DNA of 64,000 bases from Bauldia litoralis (GTDB taxonomy: Bacteria; Pseudomonadota; Alphaproteobacteria; Rhizobiales; Kaistiaceae): the NCBI GenBank assembly GCA_945882315.1, contig CAMCWB010000001.1, positions 1,560-65,559 on the forward strand, written 5' to 3'. A program made the position numbers and the translations under genes. Within the stretch, counting starts at the first letter, position 1. Each line of letters opens with the position of its first letter. This document shows positions 50,524 to 60,332 of the stretch, one piece after another. The notes beneath the pieces were generated by a model that made no database searches, was not told where the DNA came from, and saw only the letters and a program-made list of their open reading frames with translations.

Positions 50524-52746
50524 ATGGCCGCCAAGAAGCGCCGCAAGACGGCTGAGGCCGAAGACGGGGATTTCGACGGCAGCCTGGCCTTTGGCCTCGG
50601 CGACGGCGATCGCACGTCGGAAGCCGCCGCGCCGCGCACGCGGGCGCCGACCGCCAAGCGCCGCGTCCCTGCCAAGACCGCCAAATCGCGGAAAGCCAAA
50701 GGCAAGCCGAAGCGCAAGCGCGGCAGCCTGACGAGCCGCTTCGTCGGCTGGGCGACCCGCAAGCTGATCCGCGTCGCCATGCTGGCGGTGCTTGTCGTCG
50801 GCGTCGGCGGGATCGGCGTCTTCGGCTATTTCGTCTCGAAGCTGCCACCGCTCGCCGAGCTGGAAGTGCCGAGCCGTCCGGCGACCGTCCGCATCGTCGC
50901 CGGGAACGGCACGCTGATCACGACGCGCGGCGAGAAGAACGGCGAGGCGCTGACGCTCGACGAGATGCCGGCCTATCTCCCTGAAGCCGTGATCGCCATC
51001 GAGGACCGGCGCTTCTACTGGCACTACGGCATCGATCCGATCGGCCTCGTCCGGGCGCTCTTCACCAACTGGCGGGCCGGCGGCGTCGTCCAGGGCGGCT
51101 CGACGCTGACCCAGCAGCTTGCCAAGAACCTCTTCCTGAAGCCCGAGCGCACCATCGAGCGCAAGATCCAGGAGGTGGTGTTGGCGCTGTGGCTGGAGGC
51201 CAACCTCTCCAAGCAGCGCATCCTCGAACTCTATCTGAACCGCGTCTATCTCGGCGGCGGCGCCTATGGCGTCGATGCCGCCTCGCTCCGCTATTTCGGC
51301 AAGTCGGCGCGCAACATCAATCTCGCCGAGGCGGCGATGCTCGCCGGCCTCCTCAAGGCGCCGGGCCGCTACGCACCGACGGCCAATCCCGCTCTCGCCG
51401 AAGGCCGCGCCACCGTCGTCCTCGCGGCCATGCATGAGCAGGGCTATATCGACGGCCGCGATGCGAGCCTCGCCATGTCGGCCTCGATCCGTCCGGTCCG
51501 CGATGTCGCCGGCGGCAGCGGCCGCTATGTCGCCGACTGGATCATCGATCTCCTGCCTGGTTATGTCGGCAAGCTCGATCGCGACGTTACCGTCGAGACG
51601 ACGATCGACCTGCGCCTCCAGACCGCCGCCGCCTACACCGTCTCTGAAGCGCTCGCCAAGGAAGGCGACACGCTGAATGTCAGCCAGGGTGCCCTCGTCG
51701 CGCTCGATCGCGACGGCGCCGTGCGCGCCATGGTCGGCGGGCGCGACTATACCAAGAGCCCGTTCAACCGCGCGCTCGACGCCAGGCGCCAGCCGGGCTC
51801 GGCCTTCAAGCCGTTCGTCTATCTGACGGCGCTCGAATTCGGCATGACGCCGGAGACGGTCCGCAGCGACCAGCCGGTCTCGATCAAGGGCTGGCGGCCG
51901 AAGAACTACACCGACGAGTATCGTGGCCCGGTGACTTTGCAGACGGCGCTGGCGCACTCGCTGAACACCGTATCGGCGCAGCTCACCGCCGAGGTCGGCC
52001 CCGCCAATGTCGCGGCGACGGCGCGCCGCCTCGGCATCACGTCGCCGCTCACCGAGACCCCGTCTTTGGCGCTCGGCACATCGGAAGTCTCGCTCCTCGA
52101 ACTCACCGGCGCCTATGTTCCCTTCGCCAATGGCGGCAACGGCGTCATCCCGCATGTCATCAAGCGCATCGTCGATGTCGATGGCGACGTGCTCTACGAG
52201 CGAGCCGGCGCCGGGCCGGGCCGCGTCGTCGATCCGCTCCATGTCGGCATGATGAACGCGATGCTGAAGCAGACGCTGGAGATGGGGACGGGCCGCAAGG
52301 CGGCGATCGCCAACTGGCCGGCCGCCGGCAAGACCGGCACCAGCCAGGATTTCCGCGACGCCTGGTTCGTCGGCTACACGGCCGAGCTCGTCGCCGGCAT
52401 CTGGTTCGGCAACGACAACGGCAAGCCGACCAAGAAGATGACCGGCGGCTCGATGCCGGCGGTCGCCTGGCAGCATTTCATGAATGCCGCGCTCGACGGC
52501 AAGCCGGTCATCGACCTTCCCGGCGGTTATCGCTTCCGCGAGCCGGGTAGTCTCGTCGCGGGCGGCTATGCCGCCCCGCAGCCGGCGGGCGTACAGGTGC
52601 CGTCGCGCGGCATCGAGGATCTGATCGGAACGCCGGGGCCCGTTGCCGAGATCGCCGCGCCCCTGCCGCAAGGCGACATCGGCGCCCTCATCCCGCCCCC
52701 CGAGAAGAAGGTCGGCTTCTTCAAGCGCCTCTTCGGCGGCGGCTAG
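50524..52746 (+). CDS. Class A penicillin-binding protein (PBP1A family transglycosylase/transpeptidase)
   Basis: ORF 50524..52746. Transglycosylase motifs are AIEDRRFYWHYGIDP and GGSTLTQQLAKN. Transpeptidase motifs are SAFKP, SLN and KTGT. Confidence 0.9.
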   Translation: MAAKKRRKTAEAEDGDFDGSLAFGLGDGDRTSEAAAPRTRAPTAKRRVPAKTAKSRKAKGKPKRKRGSLTSRFVGWATRKLIRVAMLAVLVVGVGGIGVFGYFVSKLPPLAELEVPSRPATVRIVAGNGTLITTRGEKNGEALTLDEMPAYLPEAVIAIEDRRFYWHYGIDPIGLVRALFTNWRAGGVVQGGSTLTQQLAKNLFLKPERTIERKIQEVVLALWLEANLSKQRILELYLNRVYLGGGAYGVDAASLRYFGKSARNINLAEAAMLAGLLKAPGRYAPTANPALAEGRATVVLAAMHEQGYIDGRDASLAMSASIRPVRDVAGGSGRYVADWIIDLLPGYVGKLDRDVTVETTIDLRLQTAAAYTVSEALAKEGDTLNVSQGALVALDRDGAVRAMVGGRDYTKSPFNRALDARRQPGSAFKPFVYLTALEFGMTPETVRSDQPVSIKGWRPKNYTDEYRGPVTLQTALAHSLNTVSAQLTAEVGPANVAATARRLGITSPLTETPSLALGTSEVSLLELTGAYVPFANGGNGVIPHVIKRIVDVDGDVLYERAGAGPGRVVDPLHVGMMNAMLKQTLEMGTGRKAAIANWPAAGKTGTSQDFRDAWFVGYTAELVAGIWFGNDNGKPTKKMTGGSMPAVAWQHFMNAALDGKPVIDLPGGYRFREPGSLVAGGYAAPQPAGVQVPSRGIEDLIGTPGPVAEIAAPLPQGDIGALIPPPEKKVGFFKRLFGGG

Positions 52747-52757
52747 ATTGACGGTGC

Positions 52758-52848
52758 GTAGGGTGGGCAAAGCTGCGAAGCAGCGTGCCCACGTGTACTT
52801 CCGGCGAGGCACCACGTGGGCACGGCCTTCGGCCTTTGCCCACCCTAC
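52758..52848. repeat. 91-bp composite palindrome of the GGTGGGCAAAG...CGTGCCCACG repeat family, between convergent genes
   Basis: Outer arms GTAGGGTGGGCAAAG (52758-52772) and CTTTGCCCACCCTAC (52834-52848) pair perfectly. Inner arms CGTGCCCACGTG (52784-52795) and CACGTGGGCACG (52813-52824) also pair perfectly. The 30-mer at 52815-52844 recurs inverted at 59768-59797. Confidence 0.85.
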
Positions 52849-52860
52849 CAAGCTACCGCG

Positions 52861-53646
52861 TTACGCCCCGATGGCGTGCAGCCCCGGCCCATAGGCGAGA
52901 AGCCACGCCCGGGCCCGCTCGTAGTCCGGACAGAGGCCTTCGACGACGCGCCAGAAGCGCGGCGAATGGTTCATCTCGCGCAGATGCGCCACTTCATGCG
53001 CGGCGAGATAGTCGAGGACGAAGGCCGGCGCCATCACCAGGCGGAACGAGAAGGACAAATTACCGGTGCTCGTGCACGAGCCCCAGCGGCTCGACGTGTC
53101 GCGGATGCGGACCGACTTGACCGTGACGCCGAGCGTTGCGGCGTGACGGAAGACCGCCGCCTCGAGGTCGCGCCGCGCCTCCCACTTCAGGAAATCGAAG
53201 ATGCGGCGGCGGTGGTGCGCCTCGGCGCCGGCGACCGTCAGGACGCAATCCTCGCCTTCCCGGATTGCCGCCACGGTGCCGCGGCTGGCGCCGCTATGGC
53301 GGATCCGATGCGGCGCGCCACGGAAAGGGATCGTCTCGCCGTCGGCGATCGGCCGCGGCAGCGGCGCCTTTTCGAGCTGGCGCAGCAGCCAGCCGGCATG
53401 GCGGTCAAGGAAGTTGCGCGCCTCGCGCAGCGATCCATGGAACGGCATGGTCAGCGTCGGGGTCGCCACCGCGCCCTTGACGCGCAGCGTGTAATTCCGC
53501 GCCCGCCGGTCGCGGCGAAGCGCCACCGGTACGAGCCCGGCCGGCGTCTCTATTTCGAGATGCTCGGTCCGCAGCAGGGCCGGCCGTGTCGGCGCAGGGC
53601 GCCGCGGCGGGTCCTTGCGAAGCGCGCGGAGGAGCGAATCAAACAT
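52861..53646 (-). CDS. M48-family (YgjP/DUF45-like) zinc metallopeptidase
   Basis: ORF 52861..53832; I prefer ATG 53646 (MFDSLLRAL). Motif is AHEVAHLREMNHSPRFW. Confidence 0.8.
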   Translation of the reverse strand: MFDSLLRALRKDPPRRPAPTRPALLRTEHLEIETPAGLVPVALRRDRRARNYTLRVKGAVATPTLTMPFHGSLREARNFLDRHAGWLLRQLEKAPLPRPIADGETIPFRGAPHRIRHSGASRGTVAAIREGEDCVLTVAGAEAHHRRRIFDFLKWEARRDLEAAVFRHAATLGVTVKSVRIRDTSSRWGSCTSTGNLSFSFRLVMAPAFVLDYLAAHEVAHLREMNHSPRFWRVVEGLCPDYERARAWLLAYGPGLHAIGA

Positions 53647-53734
53647 TCCGGGATGATCGCATGGCGGTTGCTGGAGGCTCAAAAAGAAACGGCGGAACCG
53701 GGGTTCCGCCGTCGATGCTTGCAGACGAGCTGAC

Positions 53735-54166
53735 TTAGAGCTCGATGGTCTCGCCGCCCTTGCGGTCGGTGCGCTCCCGCATGAAGCGGTCGAACTCTTC
53801 CTTGTCGCGGGCCCGGCGCAGGTCGCGGACATAGGATTCGAACTCGCGGCGCTCGTCGTCGAGCTTGCGGCGCTCGGCTTCGAGGCGCTTCAGCTCCTTG
53901 TCGCGATAGTCGTCGAAAGCGGCGTTGCCGCTGGCGCTGAAGCCGCTCCGCGACGCGTTCCAGTCGCCGCCGCGAAGGCCGTTCCACTCGCGCTTCACAT
54001 TCTCGCCGGTCGCCGCGAAGTGGCGTTTGACCTCCGGCACGCGATCGCCCCAGATGATGTAGGCGAGCATTGCAAGGCCGAGCGGCCAGAAGACGACAAA
54101 GCCCACCACCATGAGAAGAATGGTGAGCGGCGTCCACGCGGGACGCAGTGCATAGGATGTCGACAT
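53735..54166 (-). CDS. DUF2852 domain membrane protein
   Basis: ORF 53735..54166. Sequence RPAWTPLTILLMVVGFVVFWPLGLAMLAYIIWG. Confidence 0.75.
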   Translation of the reverse strand: MSTSYALRPAWTPLTILLMVVGFVVFWPLGLAMLAYIIWGDRVPEVKRHFAATGENVKREWNGLRGGDWNASRSGFSASGNAAFDDYRDKELKRLEAERRKLDDERREFESYVRDLRRARDKEEFDRFMRERTDRKGGETIEL

Positions 54167-54252
54167 GTCCTTCCCCTTCTATGACCAACAGAAGGGGACT
54201 TGGGGACGGCGCCGGGTCGATTCAAGAAAAAATCGGACGACGGCTGTCCGAT

Positions 54253-55638
54253 TTAATGTGCTGATTTGGAAGCCGGACGCTTCTTGGACTTCGGCGGTGC
54301 CTTCGCAACAGCCTTTGCCACGATCGGCGCCAGGTCGGCGGGCGCCTTCGGAACCGCGTGGCCATTACCGTTGCCGTTCTTGGCGGCGGCCATGCGGGCG
54401 ATGTTGCGCAGGCTGTGCGTCGCGATGAAATCGGCGATGCGCGGCGCGATCTCGGCGCGGTAGCGCGAGCCGTTGAAGACGCCGTAATGGCCGACCTTGG
54501 TCTGGAAATGGTGGGCGCGCTTGTCGGCCGGGATGTTGACGCAGATGCGATGCGCGGCCTCCGTCTGCCCGACCCCGGAGATGTCGTCATTCTCGCCTTC
54601 GATGGTGAGGAGCGCGACATTGCGGATCGCCGCCGGATCGACCGTCTCGCCGCGATGCATCATTTCGCCCTTGGGCAGCGCGTGGCGGATGAAGACGGTG
54701 TCGACGGTCTGCAGGTAGAATTCGGCGGAGAGGTCCATGACGGCGAGATATTCGTCGTAGAACTCGCGATGCTTCTCGGCGTCCTCGCCGTCGCCCTCGA
54801 CGAGGTGGCGGTAGAAATCCTGGTGGGCCTGCAGGTGCCGGTCGAGATTCATGCTGAGGAAGCCGGAGATCTGCAGGAAGCCCGGATAGACCTCGCGCAT
54901 GAAGCCGGGATGCGGGAAGGGCACCTTCATGATGACGTTCTGGCGGAACCAGTCGAGGTCGTGGCTGTTGACCAGCGTGTTGACCGCGGTCGGGTTGACG
55001 CGCGTGTCGATCGGGCCGCCCATCAGCACCATCGAGGCCGGCAGGTTGTTGTCGCCGCGCGCTTCCATGATCGCCGTCGCGGCCAGCACCGGCACCGAGG
55101 GCTGGCATACCGCCATCATGTGCGCGCCGGGTCCGAGCATGTGCAGCATCGAGACGAGATAGTCGATGTAGCTGTCGAGGTCGAAGCCGCCCTCGGTCAT
55201 CGGCACCATACGCGCATCGATCCAGTCGGTGATGTAGACGTCGTGGCGGGGCAGCATCGCCTCGACCGTGCCGCGCAGCAGCGTCGCGTAGTGGCCGGAC
55301 ATCGGCGCGACGATCAGGAGCTTCTCCTGGTTGAGCGGCTTGTGGCTGCCGCTCTTCTCGAAATGGATGAGCCGGCAGAAAGGTCGCTCCCAGACGATCC
55401 GCTCGGTGACCGGCAGCCTTTCGCCGCCGACCAGCGTCGTGCCGAAGCCGAATTCCGGCTTGCCGTAGCGCCGCGTGGTGCGCTCGAAGAGTTCCGCCGC
55501 CGCCGCCATGTTGCGCCCGAAGGGCGTGTGGGCGAACGGATTCAACGGGTTCTGGAAATAGAGCCGGGTCGCGTCGGCAGCCGCCCGGAGCGGGCTCAGC
55601 GCCGCATGGTTCAGTTCATAGAGCTGGTAGTAGGACAA
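54253..55638 (-). CDS. phaZ: Intracellular polyhydroxyalkanoate depolymerase
   Basis: ORF 54253..55875. The conserved N-terminus SYYQLYELNHAALSPLR suggests a TTG start at 55638 after AAAGGGG. Start uncertain. Confidence 0.85.
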   Translation of the reverse strand: MSYYQLYELNHAALSPLRAAADATRLYFQNPLNPFAHTPFGRNMAAAAELFERTTRRYGKPEFGFGTTLVGGERLPVTERIVWERPFCRLIHFEKSGSHKPLNQEKLLIVAPMSGHYATLLRGTVEAMLPRHDVYITDWIDARMVPMTEGGFDLDSYIDYLVSMLHMLGPGAHMMAVCQPSVPVLAATAIMEARGDNNLPASMVLMGGPIDTRVNPTAVNTLVNSHDLDWFRQNVIMKVPFPHPGFMREVYPGFLQISGFLSMNLDRHLQAHQDFYRHLVEGDGEDAEKHREFYDEYLAVMDLSAEFYLQTVDTVFIRHALPKGEMMHRGETVDPAAIRNVALLTIEGENDDISGVGQTEAAHRICVNIPADKRAHHFQTKVGHYGVFNGSRYRAEIAPRIADFIATHSLRNIARMAAAKNGNGNGHAVPKAPADLAPIVAKAVAKAPPKSKKRPASKSAH

Positions 55639-55755
55639 GCCCCGAACCCCTTTGTTGTTCTTGGCGGACCGGGGGCCGCCCGGCGTTATTTTGCGTTGCA
55701 GCAAAGATAGGGCCGACAAAGCCGTTAAGGCAAGGGGCGGCTCAGGGATTGGTGA

Positions 55756-56055
55756 GTCCCTCTCCCACAGGAGACCTTTGCACAACCTCGCAAGGCGCGG
55801 GACAGACCGGATTCGAAGAGAGAACGGATCGGAATCAACCCAAGAACATCCGCCTCGCTCTGTTAGGTTATGCAAAGGTCTCCACAGGGAGAGGGCCGCC
55901 GCCCTTAAAAGCGCAGCGCATTAGGGCGGCGGGGTGAGGGGCTGAAGCACTGGTTTGTGGCGATGCCCACCTGCCCTCGGCTGCGTACGCCCTCACCCTT
56001 CTCGCCTAACTCGCTCCGCTCCTAAGGCTCAAAGCCCTCTCCCCACGGGAGAGGG
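55756..56055. repeat. Cluster of GC-rich palindromic repeats (CCCTCTCCC...GGGAGAGGG type) in the phaZ / ABC-permease intergenic region
   Basis: Inverted 27-mers lie at 55756-55782 and 55871-55897, sharing TGCAAAGGTCTCC and GGGAGAGGG. A 9-bp-stem hairpin CCCTCTCCC-CAC-GGGAGAGGG lies at 56035-56055. Confidence 0.7.
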
Positions 56056-56057
56056 GA

Positions 56058-56894
56058 TCACTCCCCGATCGCCATCATCGAGCCCGCTTCCCGGGCCTTG
56101 TCGACCAGCCGGAAGAAGGCCACCGAGGCGGCGCAGATCAGGAGGATGTTGATGGCGAAGGCCCAGAGCATCAGGTCGGCGCGGAACACGCCGTCGATGA
56201 TCAGCGCCCGCATGCCCTCGAAAACGTAGGTCGGCGGCAGAGCCCAGGCGAACCATTGCAGGGCCGGCGGCAGCACCTCGACGGGATAGAAGACCGCGCA
56301 GAAGGGCAGGAGCAGGAACATCAGCGTCCAGGCGAGGCCTTCGGCGCCGAGCCCGTTGCGGATGATGAGCCCGCTGACCAGGGCGCCGGCCGCCCAGGCG
56401 GTGAGCAGCAGGTTCGCGAAGAAGGCCGCGAGCCCGAAGCCGAGACCCCAGAGATTGAAGCCGAAGAACCAGATGGCGAGCAGCGTCACCGGAAAGACGC
56501 CGACCAGGAGCCGGATGACGCTCATCGCCATCAGCGCGACCAGGAACTCGCCCGGCCGGAGCGGGCTGATGAAGAGATTGGCGACGTTCCGCGACCACAT
56601 CTCTTCCAGGAAGGAGACCGACAGACCCTGCTGGCCGCGGATCAGGATATCCCAGAGCAGGATGGCGCCAATCAGCGTGCCGGCCGCGCTCGCCATCGCG
56701 CCGCGCTGCTGCAGAAGCCATGTCTGCATGAAGCCCCAGACCAGCATTTGCACCAGCGGCCAGTAGATCAGTTCGAGGAGCCGCGGCCCGGAGGCGCGCA
56801 GCAGGTAGAAATGGCGGAGGATCACCGCGCCGATGCGGGCCGCCGAGTAAGCGCGGTAGCGCGGCCGCGTCGGGATAAGGAAGGGCGCGTTCAT
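56058..56894 (-). CDS. ABC-2 type transporter permease
   Basis: ORF 56058..56894. Six TM segments, and a 4-nt overlap with the upstream ATPase gene. Confidence 0.8.
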   Translation of the reverse strand: MNAPFLIPTRPRYRAYSAARIGAVILRHFYLLRASGPRLLELIYWPLVQMLVWGFMQTWLLQQRGAMASAAGTLIGAILLWDILIRGQQGLSVSFLEEMWSRNVANLFISPLRPGEFLVALMAMSVIRLLVGVFPVTLLAIWFFGFNLWGLGFGLAAFFANLLLTAWAAGALVSGLIIRNGLGAEGLAWTLMFLLLPFCAVFYPVEVLPPALQWFAWALPPTYVFEGMRALIIDGVFRADLMLWAFAINILLICAASVAFFRLVDKAREAGSMMAIGE

Positions 56895-57661
56895 GTCGCC
56901 TCCGCGATGAAGCCGGCACGGCCGCGGCCGCGCGCCACGTCGAGGAAGACGTCCTCGAGGCTGTTGCGGCCATATTTGTCGATCAGCGCCTGCGGTGCGG
57001 CGCGATCGACGATCTTGCCGCGCTTCATCATGATGACGTCGTCGCAGAGCCGCTCGACCTCGAGCATGTTGTGCGAGGCGAGGAGGATCGTCGCGCCATA
57101 GGTCTCGCTGTAGGTCTGGATGCGCGAGCGGATCCAGTCGCCGCTGTCGGGATCTAGCGAGGCGGTCGGTTCGTCGAGGAGCAGCACTTCCGGCGCGTTG
57201 ATCAGCGCCTTGGCGAGCGCCACGCGAGTCTTCTGTCCGGCCGAAAGCTGCCCGGCCTCGCGATCGATGAACTCCATCAGGTCGAATTCCTCGCCGAGCG
57301 CCACGATCCGCGCTTCCGCGTTAGGGACGCCGTAGAGGCGGGCGAAGACGCGGAGGTTCTGACGCACCGTCAGCCGGCCCGGCAGCGCCACATAAGGGCT
57401 CTCGAAATTCATCCGGTGGAGGACGGCATGGCGGTCGGTCGCCATGTCCTGGCCGAGCACGGCGATGCGCCCGGCTGTCGGCTTCACGAGGCCGAGGATC
57501 ATGCCGATCGTCGTGGTCTTGCCGGCGCCGTTGCCGCCGAGAAGGCCGGTGATGCTGCCGCGCGGGATGGCGAACGAGATGCCGTCGACCGCGATCACGC
57601 CCTTGTAGGTCTTGCTCAGGCCGGCGACGGAGATGGCTGGGGTTTCGGCGGAGGGGATCAT
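56891..57661 (-). CDS. ABC transporter ATP-binding protein
   Basis: ORF 56891..57751; I prefer ATG 57661. Walker A is GGNGAGKTT, the signature is LSAGQKTR and Walker B is LLLDEP. Confidence 0.9.
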   Translation of the reverse strand: MIPSAETPAISVAGLSKTYKGVIAVDGISFAIPRGSITGLLGGNGAGKTTTIGMILGLVKPTAGRIAVLGQDMATDRHAVLHRMNFESPYVALPGRLTVRQNLRVFARLYGVPNAEARIVALGEEFDLMEFIDREAGQLSAGQKTRVALAKALINAPEVLLLDEPTASLDPDSGDWIRSRIQTYSETYGATILLASHNMLEVERLCDDVIMMKRGKIVDRAAPQALIDKYGRNSLEDVFLDVARGRGRAGFIAEAT

Positions 57662-57744
57662 GGCGCCATCAGGGAGGGGGACGTTTTTGCGGTTTAGGAT
57701 GTTATAGGATCGCCGTCCGCTTTGACCAGAACGGGAACTCCTCG

Positions 57745-59139
57745 ATGCCACGGGCGCCGGTCGCCGTCGATTTCGCCTCGCGCAGCCTGCGTCTCGAAAC
57801 GCTGGTGCGGCTCCGCTGGCTTGCCGTGGGCGGCCAGACGGTGGCGATCCTGGTCGTCCTCTTCGGCCTCGGCTTCCCGCTGCCGGTCCTGCCCTGCTTC
57901 GTCCTGATCGTCGTCTCGGCGCTCCTCAACATCGCCCTCGGCACCCGTTTCCCGGCGAGCCTGCGCCTCGGCACCTGGCCGGCCTTCGGCCTCCTTGCCT
58001 ATGACGCGCTCCAGCTTGCCGGCCTCCTCTATCTGACCGGCGGCCTGCAGAATCCCTTCTCGGTCCTGCTGCTCGTCCCGGTGATCATCTCGGCGACGGC
58101 GCTCGCCAAGCGGCCGACGGTGCTTCTCGCCCTCCTCGTGATAGCGCTGGCGACGATTCTCGCCCTCGACCACCGGCCCTTGCCGTGGACGCGGGGCGAA
58201 AGCCTGCCACTGCCGCTGGTTTACGTCGCCGGCGGCTGGGTGGCGCTAGTCTCGGCCTGCCTGTTCATCGGCGTCTACACCTATCGCGTCGCCAAGGAGG
58301 CCCGCCGCCTTGCCACGGCGTTGAGCGCGACCGAACTGGTGATTGCCCGCGAGCAGCATCTCTCGGCGCTGGACGGGCTGGCGGCGGCCGCTGCCCATGA
58401 ACTCGGCACGCCGCTCGCGACCATCGCGCTCGTCGCCAAGGAACTCGAACGGGAACTGCCGCCGGACAGCCCCTATGCCGAGGATATCGCCCTTCTCAAG
58501 AGCCAGTCGCAGCGCTGCCGCGACATCCTCGCCAAGCTCACCTCGATGTCGAGCCAGGGCGACGCGCTGCTTGCCCGCCAGCCGCTGTCGCATCTGATCG
58601 ACGAGGTCGTCGAGCCTTATCGCACCTTCGACGTCGAGATCGCCGTCGAGACCGGCAAGAGCGAGGGGCCGGAGCCGGTCGGCGTCCGCAATCCGGCGAT
58701 CGTCTACGGGCTCGCCAACCTCGTCGAGAACGCCGTCGATTTCGCCAGCTCCCGCGTCGACCTGATCAGCGAATGGAGCGCCGGCGAGGTTTCGGTGACG
58801 ATCCGCGACGACGGGCCGGGCTTCGCGCCGGGCATCATCGACCGGATCGGCGAGCCCTATGTCACGACGCGCGGCCGCGCCGAGGATGGCGACGACGGCG
58901 CCGATGGTGTCGACCATGAGGCCGGCGGGCTGGGTTTGGGCTTCTTCATCGCCAAGACGCTCCTCGAGCGGAACGGCGCCCGCCTGAAATTCGCCAATCG
59001 CGACGCCCCGGCGACCGGCGCGACCATCAAAATCACGTGGCCGCGGGCTATGATGGACGCTGGCGGGGCAGGGGAAGACCGCCTTCCGGAAACCATGCCC
59101 TCCGGAACGGCTTGGCGAGCGCCGGTCAAGTCCCTATAA
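57745..59139 (+). CDS. actS: ActS/RegB/PrrB-family redox-responsive sensor histidine kinase
   Basis: ORF 57745..59139. Six N-terminal TM segments. H-box is LAAAAAHELGTPLATI. Confidence 0.85.
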   Translation: MPRAPVAVDFASRSLRLETLVRLRWLAVGGQTVAILVVLFGLGFPLPVLPCFVLIVVSALLNIALGTRFPASLRLGTWPAFGLLAYDALQLAGLLYLTGGLQNPFSVLLLVPVIISATALAKRPTVLLALLVIALATILALDHRPLPWTRGESLPLPLVYVAGGWVALVSACLFIGVYTYRVAKEARRLATALSATELVIAREQHLSALDGLAAAAAHELGTPLATIALVAKELERELPPDSPYAEDIALLKSQSQRCRDILAKLTSMSSQGDALLARQPLSHLIDEVVEPYRTFDVEIAVETGKSEGPEPVGVRNPAIVYGLANLVENAVDFASSRVDLISEWSAGEVSVTIRDDGPGFAPGIIDRIGEPYVTTRGRAEDGDDGADGVDHEAGGLGLGFFIAKTLLERNGARLKFANRDAPATGATIKITWPRAMMDAGGAGEDRLPETMPSGTAWRAPVKSL

Positions 59140-59207
59140 CCGCTCCAATTCTTGCCGCAGAGTACCGGGAGGGACGGATCCTGCTCTTAGTTTCGGAAAG
59201 CGAGCAA

Positions 59208-59747
59208 ATGAGCCAAGTCACCCAGGACATGACCCTACTCATCGTCGACGACGACAAGCCGTTCCTTCAGCGGCTGGCGCGGGCGATGGAATCGCGTGGT
59301 TTTATCGTCGAGACGGCCGATACGGTCGCCGAAGGCCTGAAAATGGCCGACGCGGCGCCGCCGGCCTATGCCGTCGTCGACATGCGTCTCGAGGACGGCA
59401 ACGGCCTCGACGTGATCGAGCTTATCCGCCGCAAGCGGCCGGATTCGCGTATGGTCGTGCTGACCGGCTACGGCAATATCGCGACGGCGGTGACCGCGGT
59501 GAAGCTCGGCGCGGTCGATTACCTCGCCAAGCCCGCCGATGCCGACGAGGTGGTCAATGCGCTGACCCGCGGCCCCAGCGAAAAGCCGCTGCCGCCGGAA
59601 AACCCGATGTCGGCCGATCGCGTCCGCTGGGAGCATATCCAGCGCGTCTACGAGCTTTGCGACCGCAACGTCTCGGAGACGGCGCGCCGCCTCAACATGC
59701 ATCGTCGCACGCTCCAGCGCATCCTCGCCAAGCGCGCCCCGCGCTGA
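59208..59747 (+). CDS. actR: ActR/RegA/PrrA-family response regulator
   Basis: Inside ORF 59037..59747, starting at ATG 59208. Receiver motifs are LLIVDDD and AVVDMRL. C-terminal HTH is NVSETARRLNMHRRTLQRIL. Confidence 0.9.
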   Translation: MSQVTQDMTLLIVDDDKPFLQRLARAMESRGFIVETADTVAEGLKMADAAPPAYAVVDMRLEDGNGLDVIELIRRKRPDSRMVVLTGYGNIATAVTAVKLGAVDYLAKPADADEVVNALTRGPSEKPLPPENPMSADRVRWEHIQRVYELCDRNVSETARRLNMHRRTLQRILAKRAPR

Positions 59748-59767
59748 GGCCCAGAGAAGCATTGTAT

Positions 59768-59797
59768 GGTGGGCAAAGGCCGAAGGCCGTGCCCACG
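59768..59797. repeat. Single arm of the GGTGGGCAAAG-GCCGAAGGC-CGTGCCCACG repeat
   Basis: 30/30 identity to the reverse complement of 52815-52844. Lies between the convergent actR and mmcB genes. Confidence 0.85.
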
Positions 59798-59806
59798 CGG
59801 ATGTAG

Positions 59807-60283
59807 CTAGAAACCCTCGGTCGAAGTTGGGTCGATCAGGCCGTGCAGCCTGAGGGCTGCGGCCTGTCCGAAGCGCAGGAGCATGGCCTTGCGCGTCGCG
59901 CCGGCCAGCCGGTGCTCGGGCGCCTCGCGCATGATCTCGCCGCCATAGGAATCGGCAAGGATGAGACCGGCTTCCTCGGGGAAGATGTCGAGCGGCACGC
60001 CGTCATGGGTGGCGAAGAACAGCCGGTCGCAGGAGATGCGGTAATCCGGCCATTTCATGTCGACACGGAAATCCTCGATCGAGGATTTGATCTCGACGAT
60101 CCAGATCTCGCCGGAAGGACCGAGCGCCACGATATCGGCGCGGCGGCCGGTCGCCAGCGGCAGTTCGGTCACGATCGCAAAGCCACGCAGGCGGAACAGC
60201 CGGCCGACGCCGCGCTGGACGGCGAGCGCGTGCGGCGATTGCCGGAGATCGACCGGCGGCACGATTCGCGAGAGATCGTTCAT
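59807..60283 (-). CDS. MmcB-family DNA repair protein (restriction-endonuclease-like fold)
   Basis: ORF 59807..60391; I prefer ATG 60283 (MNDLSRIVPP). Motif is RRADIVALGPSGEIWIVEIKSS. Confidence 0.75.
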   Translation of the reverse strand: MNDLSRIVPPVDLRQSPHALAVQRGVGRLFRLRGFAIVTELPLATGRRADIVALGPSGEIWIVEIKSSIEDFRVDMKWPDYRISCDRLFFATHDGVPLDIFPEEAGLILADSYGGEIMREAPEHRLAGATRKAMLLRFGQAAALRLHGLIDPTSTEGF

Positions 60284-60332
60284 GAATGCGATTTTGCCAT
60301 GATCGCGCCGGCGACGGAAGGCCGACAGGCCT

